Below, piece after piece: positions 26,702 to 40,075 of a DNA stretch of 64,000 nt. The notes below the pieces were generated by a model, which was not told the DNA's origin, did not search any database, and saw only the letters and a list, made by a program, of their open reading frames with translations. The stretch's first letter is position 1; every line of letters begins with the position of its first letter. Source of the stretch: Octopus vulgaris. Taxonomy: Eukaryota. The DNA lies in the NCBI GenBank assembly GCA_951406725.2, contig OX597816.1:7812001-7876000 (forward strand), given 5' to 3'. A program made the translations under genes and the position numbers.

Positions 26702-26902
26702 CAAAAGTAGATCTCTGGATGCAAGTTTTGGTAGGTCAGCATTGACAAGAGCCTGAAAGAATTCAAGTATTGAGTCTAGGGCCCCACCTTGTAACAAAGG
26801 TGACTGGACTAATAACAAGATCTGGGGTAACATCTTATCTTGGATGTTAGTCATGGATGGAGGATGTATATGTAAGATGGATGTTAGAAGATTTAGTGTC
26901 AG
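26702..26902 (-). CDS. CAND1: CAND1 exon 20/28
   Basis: LTLNLLTSILHIHPPSMTNIQDKMLPQILLLVQSPLLQGGALDSILEFFQALVNADLPKLASRDLLL; cag / gtaac. Confidence 0.95.
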
Positions 26903-27923
26903 CTGAAATTACAAAAAAAAGCATGTTTTAATTCATTTAACCAATTAAATTACTAAATTAATTATATTACAAATTATCATAAATTATCAAGGTGGCGAAC
27001 TGGCAGAAACGCTAGCACACCAGGCGAAATGCTTAGCGGTATTCTGTCTATCATTACATTCCAAGTTCAAATTCCGCTGAGGTCGACTTTGCCTTTCATC
27101 CTTTCCTGGTCGATAAATTAAGTACCAGTTGTGTACTAGGGTCGATCTAATCGACTGGCCCCCTCCCCAAAACATGGCAGTAACTTTTGTTTTTAGTCAG
27201 ATTTTGTGTGTTTTAATTTCCAGCAACACACAACTCATCTTGGTCTTCTTTCCTCCATCATTCTTTGTCCACATCACAGGTCAATACCAAACACACTCTG
27301 GTCTTATGCCCAGGTTCTCTCTCGGCTCATCTCTGCACTGGTCTTCATACAACCCCATCGTTACACATCAGTGAAGCAAACTCACCCCATTCCTCTCTAA
27401 CCTTCACACATCATCTGCACTATCACACTTACCATTAAAGAATGGTAAGAACACTTTTCATTCTACAGATGCAGGAGGAAAGAAAGGAAAGGGAGAAAAA
27501 AACAAAACAAAAACAGCACCATCTGAACGTGGCCGATGCCAGCGCCGCCTTGACTGGCTTCTGTGCCGGTGGCACATGACCTGCTGTGCTTGAGGAGACC
27601 TATTGAGTCGAGTACATCAGCATCAAAATAAATATCAAATGGAAATTGTAATTGTGATACCTGTGCCAGTGGCACGTAAAAAGCACCAACTGATCGTAAA
27701 AAGCACCCACTACACTCACGGAGTGGTTAGCATTAGGAAGGGTATCCAGCTGTAGAAGCACTGCCAGATTGGTCTCGAGCCTGGTGCAGCCTCCTGGCTT
27801 CCCAGACCCCAGTCGAACCGTCCAACCCATGCTAGTATGGAAAATAGACGTTAAACGATGATGATGATTCATTTTACAAAGGTTATTCTTTTACGACAAT
27901 CAAAATAAGAAAAGCTGACCTAC

Positions 27924-28009
27924 TTGCGACACATGCAGATCATTTTCATTTATTAGTGGTGGCATTTCCTCCATCATGTTGCCAATCATGTCTGGAGTCA
28001 AATAAACAC
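27924..28009 (-). CDS. CAND1: CAND1 exon 19/28
   Basis: VYLTPDMIGNMMEEMPPLINENDLHVSQ; cag / gtaggt. Confidence 0.93.
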
Positions 28010-28209
28010 CTGAAGAAGAAAGAAAGTTTTTGTCTTTAAGATTTCTTAAACATGAATTTTAATGCCTCTTCACTATCAAGGACTGAGAAAACTAGTTCTG
28101 GCGCCCAAAGAACCGTTTTTTTATCTATTCTTAATTGCCATGTAGTGATGATGATGATGATGTAATAAGAGACAAACACATGACTGGTCACTTAATATCA
28201 AAATCATCA

Positions 28210-28610
28210 AGGAGGCGAGCTGGCAGAAACGTTAGCACACCGGGCGAAATGTTTAGTGGTATTTCGTCTGTCATTACGTTCCGAGTTCAAATTCCGCTGA
28301 GGTCGACTTTGCCTTTCATCCTTTCGGGGTCGATAAATTAAGTACCAGTTACGCACTGGGGTCGATGTAATCGACTTAATACGTTTGTCTGTCCTTGTTT
28401 GTCCCCTCTGTGTTTAGCCCCTTGAGGGTAGTAAAGAAATAGGTATTTTGTCTGTCAATACGTTCCAAGTTCAAATTCCACTGAGGTCGACTTTGCCTTT
28501 CACCCTTTCGGTGTCACTAAATTAAGTTCCAGTTGTGTACTGGGGTCGATCTAATCGATTGGCCCCCTCCCCAAAAATTTCGGAGTTTGTGCCAAGAATA
28601 GAAAAGAATA
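28210..28610 (+). mobile_element. tRNA-derived SINE family B, partly dimeric here (other copies 26989-27171+, 20675-20895-, 36780-36968-, 38460-38858-, 8535-8670-)
   Basis: Head ggcgagctggcagaaacgttagc...gagttcaaattcc, central gtcgactttgcctttcatcctttcggggtcgataaattaagtacc. Confidence 0.8.
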
Positions 28611-29783
28611 TCAAAATCATCATGTGAGCAATAACAACATTGATCTCTATGGCAAATTTCCTAGTTTATTTATCATAAATCAGACCCTCCAATAGTTTTT
28701 GAAACTGTATGTTCCAACATTCTGCCACCCTCATCCACTTCACCCTTAATTACTATTAATCATTTATTCCATACATTATCAAATGAACAGAACTAGAGAC
28801 GGTCTTAACAAATGACTGTTTCAGGTTTATCTCCCTTCATTTGCACAATTATAACAATAAGGGGGGAAAAAAATCTTTTTCAGTCAAAATCATCTCCGTG
28901 GTGGAATTCTACTGTAATTCTCTTAATAATCTATAACTCAAGTCTATCAGTTATGTAGAGGAATACTTCAGTGGAGGTACTTAACACTGTGTTGTGGAAT
29001 AGTCCAGTATATATGCCCTCATATATAATGTAGTGAGTTAAAAAACATTTTAATTAATTAAAGTTCTGAGAGACAACTCTGAAAGTTAAATTGATTAAAA
29101 ATTGAATGTTAGCCTGCAGCAAGGAGTCTTATGTTCGGTTAAGGATAGGGGACAACTCTAGACATATTTTTGAGAAACTAGACATCCTCATTGAACCAGT
29201 TCTATTTGTACACTTATGAAGTTAACAGAGGAAAATAAAATATCTTTAGGTGTAGGAGTGGCTGTGTGGTAAGTAGCTTGTTTACCAACCACATGGTTCC
29301 AGGTTCAGTCCCACTGCGTGGCACCTTGGGCAAGTGTCTTCTACTATTGCCTCAGGCCGACCAAAGCCTTGTGAGTGGACCTGGTAGACGGAAACTGAAA
29401 GAAGCCCGTCGTATATGTGTGTGTGTGTGTTGTGTGCCTGTCTTTGTCCTCCCAACATCGCTTGACAACCGCTGCTGGTGTGTTTACATCCCCGTAACTT
29501 AGCGGTTCGGCAAAAGAGACTGATAGAATAAGTACCAGGCTTACAAAGAATAAGTCCTGGGGTCGATTTGCTCGACTAAAAGGCGGTGCTCCAGCATGGC
29601 TACAGTCAAATGACTGAAACAAGTAAAAGAGTAACATCCATATTTACTGAATAGGAATTTAAATTTTTAACTCTAAACAATGAAATCAAACGTATTTCCA
29701 AACCTTTTGGTTAAATACATTTACCAAAATCTCATAAAAAGGATCCTACATACAACCTAAGACATTCTTTATTCATTGATTCT

Positions 29784-30186
29784 ATTCTACTATATGGCTC
29801 AGAAACCTGGATGTTATCAAAGAAGCTTGAGAGGCGGTTGGATGGAACCTACACTCGCCTCCTTATGAGAGCTCAAAATCTCTCGTGGAAGCGTCATCCA
29901 ACCAAAATGCAAATATATGGGAAATTACCACCTGTATCATCTCTTGTGAAAGGTAGAAGAGTCCAGTTTGCTGGACATTGTTGTAGAGCTGAAAACTAGG
30001 TAATTTCTACTCTTCTCCTCTGGAAGTCATCTGCTCGCGATATCAGAGGGTACACAGTCTCCTACCCTGATGTAATCTCCAGGGATACAGGCATCCAGCA
30101 ACAGGACCTCCGTAATACTATGATAGACCGTGAGGTCTGGCGTAACATAGTAAATTCCATTGTCTCGACCATGGTCGAACAATGAA
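29784..30186 (+). mobile_element. Second, shorter copy of the LINE family at 25497
   Basis: Nearly identical to ~25666-26042 by eye; ends about 50 bp from CAND1 exon 18. Confidence 0.85.
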
Positions 30187-30236
30187 TGAAAATTATTCAT
30201 TGAAAATATTTACGAAAGACCATTTGGATCACTTAC

Positions 30237-30336
30237 CATAATGTTTTACAAGAACATCAAGACAGGCCAACGTTTTCAGTTTCAAAGCGCGATGATTCTT
30301 CCGCAGAAAAGTTGCAAGAATTGGTATAGCTTCTTC
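30237..30336 (-). CDS. CAND1: CAND1 exon 18/28
   Basis: EEAIPILATFLRKNHRALKLKTLACLDVLVKHY(G); aag acceptor / gtaagt. Confidence 0.9.
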
Positions 30337-30445
30337 CTTAAAATAATAACATTTTTGAAGTTAACAACTATTTTGGTTGAACATTTATTTACAGGTAAAG
30401 CAACAAAGAGCAAGAACTTGGTAGCAGAAAATTATCAGAACTTAC

Positions 30446-30479
30446 CAAAATTGGACGTAAATCAATTTTTAAGGGTGAA
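30446..30479 (-). CDS. CAND1: CAND1 exon 17/28 (34-nt micro-exon)
   Basis: SPLKIDLRPIL; cag / gtaag; fills the gap between flanking exons in frame. Confidence 0.92.
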
Positions 30480-33355
30480 CTGAAAGTAAAAGTTGAGAGA
30501 ATATAAAAGTGAGGGAAAAACCATAAATAATTGCATAAGAAAAACAATAAATTTATATAAAGGGCATGGATACATACAAAGCGAACCCATACACACACAC
30601 ACACAAGAAATTTTATGGACGACTACAACAATGTCAACAACACGATTAACAACAACAGAAGCAGTGATAATGATGGCAATAACAACAACTACCACGATGA
30701 CAACACCGTAGCCAAACACACTTACACAGGAACCATACCATATTTTTGGGGTCTTAGGACAGCAGCAGCACAACAGGATGAGAGGATGGGGCTGCTGAGG
30801 GGAAGGCCACACTGTGGCTAAAAACTATGACATACACACACAAATAGGGACACACACCTTAGAAGAAGAGAATAGAATAAGTGGGGCAAGAACACACATG
30901 AAAATGAAAAGTGTCGCTGAAGAGGTCACAGATGTGTGACAAAAGATTTCCGGACAATGGACATGAGTTAAAATAATAAAATAAGAACAGTAATTAACAT
31001 GTAAAGAAAAAAATATATTGTGTGTGTTTATTTGGCAAAAAAAAAGAAAAAAAAGAAAGATCATTCCAAAATATAACAAAAAAATGCTAGAAAAGATATT
31101 AGGCTATCTGTTTTTGACTTCCACAATATTTACCCAATAAATATCACAATCACTTCTTTTACATTACTTTTAAGTTTCATTACAGCTACTCTAGGCAATC
31201 ATCACCCTTGTCATTTTAACATCTACTTTTCCATGCTTGCATGGGTTAGACAAGAGTATGTTGGGGCAAAGTTTTACACATCCTGATGTCCTTCCTGTCA
31301 CTAACGTCCATTTGTTTCCACGGGAGGTAATAATGTTGTCTAGCAAACAACAAACAGCCCAGACAAGCTTTCATAGCAGACTGCAAGCCAACGGCATTCT
31401 AATAAAGCCATTGTTTACAATCACTGAGTGAACACACACACAAAGGGTTTCTTTCAGGTTCCAACTATCAACTTCACTCAACAAGGCTTTGGTCAGCTCA
31501 GGGCTATAGTAGAAGAAACTTGCCCACAGTGCTACGTACTGGAACTGAACCAGTATGTGCCATATTCGGAAGCTAGCACAATGCTGAGAGGGTAATAATG
31601 TTGAGCCTGCAAACGTAAACAATGCTTGAAATTTCCAGAAATTTCTTAAGGAATCTTATCATTCTCTTATTTTGCTCATGAGACATTTGGACAAAACTGG
31701 TATTAGTGTTATTAACTTTTATTAAAACCATTATACAAGCTTAGGTTTTCCACAGAATTTAGCTAATGGTTAACCACGTTTACAAAACCAATTGTGAATT
31801 TGTACGTTCATTAGCTTTTCCAACATTTAAAAAAAATATTAATTGTTCTCCTTTTTTTTTGCTCACTACTCTTTTACTATTTTACTTGTTTCAGTCATTT
31901 GACTGCGGCCATGCTGGAGCACCGCCTTTAGTCGACCAAATCGGCCCCAGGACTTATTCTTTGTAAGCCCAGTACTTATTCTATCGGTCTCTTTTGCCGA
32001 ACTGCTAGGTGACGGGGACGTAAACACACCAGCATCAGTTGTCAAGCAATGCTAGGGGGACAAACACACAAACACATATATATATACATATATACAACAG
32101 GCTAATTCAGTTTCTGTCTACCAAATCCACTCACAAGGCATTGGTCGGCCCGGGGCTATAGCAGAAGACACTTGCCCAAGATGCCACGCAGTGGGACTGA
32201 ACCCGGAACCATGTGGTTGGTTAGCAAGCTACTTACCACACAGCCACTCCTGCGCCTACTGTATACATATAACAAGCACACCGAGCAGCAATGGTTGAAA
32301 TATAGGTGTGTACAATTATATTTAATGTTCATGTAGACTCTAACATGGAAAGTACTAGTTAACTACTGGGGTCCAGAGTATCTTAAAACTGCAGGCCATT
32401 TAGCACTATTACAAACCATTGTATTCAATGTGTCACCTTGTATTCAACACTTCTTGTGATAGGCTTAATCTACACAGTTATCCTTTGACTTAAAGCTAAA
32501 TGGAGGGCAAACTAAATGAAAGCAAAACATAGACACGATCACATTGTAATTATTTGCTCTGATAATGTACAATGAAATATCAAAAATAATGAATTAAGAC
32601 TCTGTCCTGCTCCATTAATATTCTAGACTCACTATCCGATGTATATATTCAGGAAAGGCATAAACTAAGCTTTAACTTAGCAAAGAAAAAACACAATACA
32701 CAGGAAACTGTAAATGTATGTATGTATGTAGAAACTGTTTCTAGGGAGAAATTCTCGCTATAAACAATATGTTTGAAAAACACATGACTGGGCTATAAAT
32801 GACATCATCAGACCGTAGAACATGTTTCAATGTCATTACGCTTCATCAGCTAAGGACACTGACTCCATTATGTATAGTCCACTAAGAACTGCTATTCTTA
32901 TTTTTAACCCTTTCATTACTGTATTTATTTTGAGATGCTCTGTGTTTCTTCCAATTATTTTAAATATAACAAAGAATTTAGTAAAATAACATCGTTATCA
33001 TTAAGCTAGTGTTAGGAACATAAATTGTGACTAAAATTTGGTAGAAGATTTTAATTCAAAACTTATGAAAACAAGACATTTATACTAAAGAGCACTGCTA
33101 TTCTTATTTTTAAACAGCAACAAAAAGGTGAGAGAGAGAGAAAAACACTTGCTGGTGTGTGCAAAGCTTTGTCAAGCTGGAATGACTAAGAATGGCACAC
33201 TAAGCAGTGATGATTAAAATATATGCACACAATTATATTTAACATGTTCAAATACACTCAAATGTGGAAAGACCTCCACAGTGCAGTTGTAACAGTCAGT
33301 GTAAGCCATTAAATTTCAAAATTATTAATCAAAGACAAAAGTAAACGAAACTTAC

Positions 33356-33487
33356 CCAGCAATCATCGTTAGTGCATTGACAGCAGTTAACCGTGTTATT
33401 TCATTTTTAAGGCGCTCTAACAGGATTGGCAAACAAGTTTTCAATTCTTCTGTTAAACTGTCTCCAAGGTTACGGATTATTTGACCC
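33356..33487 (-). CDS. CAND1: CAND1 exon 16/28
   Basis: GQIIRNLGDSLTEELKTCLPILLERLKNEITRLTAVNALTMIA(G); cag / gtaag. Confidence 0.95.
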
Positions 33488-34552
33488 CTGGGTAAATGTA
33501 ATTAGCATCACTTTAATTAAATTATTTATGTTTTACTTACACCAATACAGACATTTAACCCTTTAGAGTTTAGATTCTTCTGTCAAATGTAATACTTATT
33601 TATTCACATTGTTTTGAATTAATTGTGCCTTGTCTCATAGCTTCAAGATTTTGATGGTGTGATTATTTATCTTTAGAATGACATTGTAGGGTAGGTGTGA
33701 GAGGCTGAATCTCACAAGCTTGAACATAAAACAAGAATAATGTTCTGGCCAGAGATGGCCGGTTTAAACACTAAAGGGTTAAAGATTAATAATACATACT
33801 AATTAATTTATGTTATTTCCATTGAACATCATCATCGTTTAACGTCCGCTTTCCCTGCTAGCATGGGTTGGACGGTTCAACCGGGGTCTGGGAAGCCAGG
33901 AGGCTGCACCAGGTTCCAGTCTGATAACGGCAGTGTTTCTACAGCTGGATGCTCTTCCTAACGCCAACCACTCCGTGAGTGTAGTGGGTGCTTTTTACGT
34001 GCCAGGTGAGGCTGGTAACGGCCCGATCAGTTGGTACTTTTTACGTGCCACCGGCACAGAGGCCAGTCGGGGCGGTGCTGGCAACGGCCACATTTGGATG
34101 GTTCTTTTACATGCCACCGGCACTGGTATCACAACTACAATTTCCATTGATTTTTGATCGATTTCGATTTCACTTGCTTCAACTGGTCTTCGCAAGCAGA
34201 GTTTTGTGTCCCATGATGATGAACAGAGGAAATATTGGGAACTCATACTGAAGAAACGGTACATCATCATCATCATTATCATCGTTTAAACGTCCGTTTT
34301 CCGCGCTAGTACGGGTTGGACGGTTCGACCGGGGTCTGGGATGCCAGGGGCTGCACCAGGCTCCAGTCTGATCTGGCAGTGTTTCTACAGCTGGATGCCC
34401 TTCCTAACGCCAACCACTCCACGAGTGTAGTGGGTGCTTTTTACGTGCCACCTGCACAGGTGCCAGGGGGGTCTGGCATCGGCCGTAGTAAAAAAAAAAA
34501 AAAGAAAGAAAATAAACCATCACACAAAATAAAATAAAAGAAATGGTCTTAC

Positions 34553-34670
34553 ATGCAAGTGATGGCTCGTTCTTTGACTTCTTGATCGATGTCTGCAGCT
34601 TTTAAACGACACAACACACAACCATATAAATCTTTGACATATGGCTCAAAATTGAAACTACATGGAACAT
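34553..34670 (-). CDS. CAND1: CAND1 exon 15/28
   Basis: (D)VPCSFNFEPYVKDLYGCVLCRLKAADIDQEVKERAITC(M); cag / gtaag. Confidence 0.95.
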
Positions 34671-34781
34671 CTGAAATAATCCAAGGTAAAAGGTATCAGG
34701 AATAAATAAAGGGCCGTTCCACGACAATACAACAACCGTTCATCAAGAGGCAGGGGAGGAAAGGGAAAATCTGTGACTCAC

Positions 34782-34875
34782 CTAAAGGCCTTATGACCTT
34801 CACCAGTTGCTGCATGACCAACAAAGCTTCAGATGTGATTTTGTAAAATGTATCATTTACAGCAGCAATGATTGG
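34782..34875 (-). CDS. CAND1: CAND1 exon 14/28
   Basis: PIIAAVNDTFYKITSEALLVMQQLVKVIRPL; cag / gtgagt. Confidence 0.96.
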
Positions 34876-35706
34876 CTGCAATTAAAAGACCAAAACCATA
34901 TTTTAGTACTATTTATCTGGACGAGATGAATTAATGTTATCTAGACAATTATAAAAAAAAAAAAATCAGTTTGATGTGTGTTATGCCATTGATAGAAATA
35001 ATATAATCACAAATTGAGAAATCTTTCTAGGAAAACTTATCAAAGGTCAACGAATAACAAGTCTTCATCTGCTACATATAAAGCAAAACAACTGACGATT
35101 AGCTGAACTTACTTTGTGTAAGGGGGAAACTATCATTTTAATAGAGCCCTCAATTATTGCTGGGCTTCTCTATGTTTTGGATATCCAGTTTAGCTAAGCT
35201 AAACTGCCCACTAAAAAATTCTTCTGTAATTTTTGAACTTATAAATTTAGCTTTTATAGACGCCATATGTGAAATTACAATATATGTAAACAAAGATTGC
35301 CCCCACTTTTTTTTTAAGAAGCATTGAGATGTATTGCTGGCGACCGTTGCCAGCACCGCCCTGTTTCGTGTCCGTTGCCAGCCTCGCCTGGCCCTCGTGC
35401 CGGTGGCACATAAAAAGCACCATCCGTTCGTGGCCGTTTGCCAGCTCTGTCTGGCACCTGTGCGGGTGGCACGTAAAAAGCACCCACTACACTCACGGAG
35501 TGGTTGGCGTTAGGAAGGGCATCCAGCCGTAGAAACACTGCCAGATTTGACCCTTTTATTATTTTTTTTAAGAAGCATTGAGATGTATTGAAATATACAA
35601 ATATGGAAATATTTTATTCTCAAATGCATAATAAAAATATTTCCATAAAAAAAAAATACAACTTTGTTTACATATACCGTGATTTATTAAAAATGGTATT
35701 ACTCAC

Positions 35707-35818
35707 CGGTACAAGGACTGCAATGTGAGGATGAAAAACAACTGGACTGTGGTTGACCATTAAGCTGTTCAGAAATGCAAGGGTGTCTATCTTCATATTG
35801 GAGCTGAAGCTTCGATCA
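35707..35818 (-). CDS. CAND1: CAND1 exon 13/28
   Basis: DRSFSSNMKIDTLAFLNSLMVNHSPVVFHPHIAVLVP; cag / gtgagt. Confidence 0.95.
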
Positions 35819-37029
35819 CTGAATGACGATTGTCAGGTGGGGGGGGAGAGAAAAAGAAAATAATGAAAATACACTAAAAAAAACTAAATTAATAATAAAT
35901 TTGAACTTTAACAAATATTAATAAAAAAATAAATTTAAGAGTTTCAATAAAAAAAAATACTGACAATAAATTTAAAACAAAAATGATATCCTAAAAAGTT
36001 AGCTTAAGCTCAACTGATAATTTAAAGGTAATTAAAACAAAATAAAAAATAAACCTACTATAAAAACTAAGAATTTGTAGTCCTGTGGTTCCAGGTTCAA
36101 CTCCACTATGTAGTATGATGGGAAAGTGTCTTGTGTTGATTTATATGAAAACCATAACTTAGACGTTTGATTCATCATCATCATCATCATCATCATTTAA
36201 TGCTCGTCTCCGATGCTGGCATGGGTTACATGATTTGACAGGAGCTGGCAAGCTAAAGGGTTGCACCAGCCCACCCCCGTCATCTGTTTTGGCATGGTTT
36301 CTATGGCTGGATGCCATTCCTAATGCCCACCACTTAAAAGTGTTCTGGGTGATTTTTATGTGGTACCAGTATGTCTACTTTTTATGTAGCAATGGCATAA
36401 GGGGTTCTTTTATGTGGTGCCTGCAGGGCTGCCTTTTACATAGCACCGGAATGGGTGCTTAGAGATTCTTAAAATAAATCCCAAGTTGAAATAACTACTT
36501 GAATAAATATACCATCCTCATCGTTTAACGTCTGCTTTCCATGCTGTCATGGGTTGGACGATTTTGACTGAGGGCTGGTGAACCAGATGGCTGCACCAGG
36601 CTCCAATCTTGATCTGGCAGAGTTTCTACAGCTGGATACACTAACACCAACCACTCCGAGAGTGTAGTGGGTGCTTTTACATGTCACCGGCACAGGTACT
36701 TGAATAAATACGATTGAAGAAAAGCTTTAATGGTGTAACCCCAACAGAGCCACACTCCAATGACAGAACAGTAAAAGATACTTCTTTCTACTATAGGCAC
36801 AAGGCCTGAAATTTGGGGAAGATGGGGATGAGTTGATTACATCGACCCCAAAAAGACAAAAGGAAATGTCGACCTCAGCAGAATTTGAACCCAGAATGTG
36901 AAGATAGATGAAACACTTCTAAGCATATTTCATCCAGCGTGCTAACAATTCTGCCTGTTCACTGCCTTGGAATAGTAAAAGATAATAAAGGAATAGAACA
37001 AACATCAGCAAAAATAAAGGTATAGTTAC

Positions 37030-37215
37030 CTGAAGGAGTACAATATACCAGGAATAAGTGCTAGCATGTGATTAGTCAATGCTCCAGGTAACACCTGAAC
37101 TAACTCCATCAACAGACCAATGCAACCTTGACGAGTTTTCACACTTTTTTCTTTCATCTGTTTATGAATTGCTTTCACAATACTGGGAACCTGAGCTTGT
37201 AACATTGCTACAGGA
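37030..37215 (-). CDS. CAND1: CAND1 exon 12/28
   Basis: PVAMLQAQVPSIVKAIHKQMKEKSVKTRQGCIGLLMELVQVLPGALTNHMLALIPGILYSF; cag / gtaac. Confidence 0.95.
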
Positions 37216-38857
37216 CTGAAAGAGATAAAATTGATTTAAAGATTTCTGAATGTAATTTTTGAAAACCTTAAAAAGAATCAATTCACAACATGAGAAATAC
37301 TCAGAAATAAACGAACAAATGTCATGACATTAGTATAACTTTATAATTATGTTCTTTTCCCTCTAATGATTTTTCTCTCTAATGACAAGATAATTTCTTG
37401 CTATGAGGCTGCACAATGAATGGGTACACATAACCAAGTAAGCATCATCATTTAATGTCTGTTTTCCGTGCTGGCATGGGTTGGACAGTTTGACGGGAGT
37501 TGGTAAGCCAGAGAGCTGCACCAGGCTCAAATTGTCTGTTTTGGCACAGTTTCTATGGCTGGATCATCATTATCATCATTTATTGTCCACTTTCCATGCT
37601 AGCATGGGTTGGACGATTTGACTGAGGATGGGCGAACCAGACTCCAATTTGATCTGGCAGAGTTTCTACAGCTGGATACCCTTCCTAACGACAACCACTC
37701 CGAGAGTGTAGTGGGTGCTTTTTACGTCCCACCAGCACGAGGGCCAGTTTGGTGTTACTGGCAACGGCCACGCCCAAATGGTACTTTTTATGTGCCGCCT
37801 GCACAGGAGCCAGTCCAGCAGCACTGGCGACGACCTCGCCCGAACGTTTCACGTGCCACCAGCACAAGTGCTAGTAAGGTGATGCGGTAATGATCACGCT
37901 TGAATGGTGTGTTTAACGTGCCATTGGCACATCGGATGTCCTTCTAAAAGCCAACCATTTTACAGTGTGTGCTAGGTGCTTTTATGTGTCACTGGGATGG
38001 GTGCTGGACACTGAACATTGCAGCTGATAGAGGCAAGAAAATATCGGCCAACTATTATAGAGCACAGTAATCCCTCACCCTATCACGGTTCACTTATCGC
38101 ACACTCAGTACATCGCAGTTCACCTATCACGCACTCAGCACATTGTGGATTTTTCTGGCTAATAAATGTAAATTTATATCATGGACTCAGTATATCCGGG
38201 TTTCTGCTACTTCACAGTTGGATTGGTTTAGCAACAAGAAAATCCAATCCTAACAAATATCACACAATCCAGTAATACACAACAATAATAATAAAGATAA
38301 TAATAATCATTGTTGTCATCGTTTGACATCTGCTTCCCACGCAGGAATGGGTTGGACAGTTTGACAGAGGACTGGCAAGCCAGAAGGCTGCACCAGGTTC
38401 CAATCCGATCTGGTAAAGTTTCTACAGCTGGATGCCCTTCCTAACGCCAAATAATAATAATCCTTTCTACTATAGGCAAAAGGCCTGAAATTGTGGGAGA
38501 GGGGGCCGGTCAATTACATCGACCCCCAGTGTTCCACTGGTACTTAATTTATTGACCCTGAAAGAATGAAAGCCAATGTCAACCTTGGCGGAATTTGAAC
38601 TCAGAATGTAGCGGCAGACGAAATAACTATTTCTTTACTACCCACAAGGGGCTAAACACAGAGAGGACAAACAAGGACAGACAAACGGATTAAGTCGATT
38701 ATATCAACCCCAGTGCGTAACTGGTACTTAATTTATTGACCCCGAAAGGATGAAAGGCAAAGTTGACCTCGGCGGAATTTGAACTCAGAACGTTGCAGCA
38801 GATGGAATACTGCTAAGCATTTCGTCAAGTGTGCTAACGATTCTGCCAGCTCACTGC

Positions 38858-38891
<34 letters not shown>

Positions 38892-38929
38892 GTGTCAGAT
38901 GTGTGTTTTATGGTGGATTTATAACTCAC

Positions 38930-39038
38930 CCCTCTTCATGATCCATGGAGTCGGGTCCGGATGAGACAACAGGTTTGGTCTGACGAAGTAATGTGATGTA
39001 AGCATGGAAAATATCAGCTTTCACATTTTCTTCTCTTT
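38930..39038 (-). CDS. CAND1: CAND1 exon 11/28
   Basis: (E)REENVKADIFHAYITLLRQTKPVVSSGPDSMDHEE(G); cag / gtgagt. Confidence 0.95.
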
Positions 39039-39281
39039 CTGAATTAAAAAACAAAAAAAATTAACTTGTATGTTTTTATAAAAGACAAAATATTTATTCC
39101 TTAGAAAATTCTAATTTTATAGATGTGAAAGGTGATGCTTTAGAAAATTTAACATTTCAACTGCTTAAAACTGGAATATATTTTCAGTATGAGAAAATAA
39201 AAGACATACAATGTTAAAATACACAATTTATATCAACCAGCCTCCGCAGACAAGTTAAGACATGAAATTAGGATCAAAATT

Positions 39282-39683
39282 GGATCTTTTCGCTTTGACT
39301 GGCAGTTTTTTAAAAATAATTTCCATGTAACTAAACACTTTTAAACTTTGTATACTGATAGAATGTGTTTATAAAACATCTTTTTCTCTTGGCTTCATTG
39401 AGAAAATTCTGTAGTTTGTAAGATATTTTCTTCAATTTCTGCAATTTCAACCAATCAATGATGTCTATTAAGGTGAAAACATTCTCTGCTGTATGAAAAT
39501 GTCCTTTGTTTAAGAAACAGATTGGGTCTATTTACATTTCTGAAGAAAAAAAGATACCCTTCCCCAACCCTAAAACAGATTGAAATGCAATAGATCGATA
39601 CTAGGGTCATAATTATGGTGACAATTTCATATGACACCGCTAGAAATTATTTTTAAAAACTGCCAGGCAAAGCGAAAAGGTCC
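39282..39683. mobile_element. MITE with ~40-bp TIRs and 8-bp TSD (Merlin/hAT-like)
   Basis: ggatcttttcgctttgactggcagtttttt / aaaaactgccaggcaaagcgaaaaggtcc, flanked by tcaaaatt on both sides. Confidence 0.78.
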
Positions 39684-39920
39684 TCAAAATTTACATGAAT
39701 AAATTTTGGTTCCTTTAGATTAAAAACAATGGCAATTTTTGTAGAAAGGAAACCTAAATTTAATATCATCAGCATAACAGAGGTATTTATTTTATTGAAC
39801 GATGAAAGATAAAACAGAAAGTAACAAGACCCAAACTTAGAATTTAAGTGAGGTTAACTAAACTTAGTGTTTGGTGCCATTGTCCTTACAAATGAAGAAT
39901 TCAGGATACAATACTGTTAC

Positions 39921-40075
39921 CTTTGAATCTGGCAATGAGAGCAGCAGAGAGGTTTTTATAAAAATCGGGTAACATTTCATGCCAGGTTCCAATAATGGCA
40001 TCAAGACATTTGGCTGCTGCCCGTCGTACCTTCCAACTCATGTCATCATCATCACTGTATTCGTCTTCAGAATCT
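39921..40075 (-). CDS. CAND1: CAND1 exon 10/28
   Basis: [51 protein letters not shown]; tag / gtaac. Confidence 0.96.

Noticed and set aside
30493-30821. Thr/Asn-rich ORFs on the + strand
   Set aside because: Degenerate (ACA/AAC)n low-complexity intron sequence with no splice or homology support.
32275-33275. ~80-bp diverged duplicate (32275-32355 vs 33195-33275) within one intron
   Set aside because: No H/ACA or C/D boxes and no clear fold; most likely an old repeat fragment.
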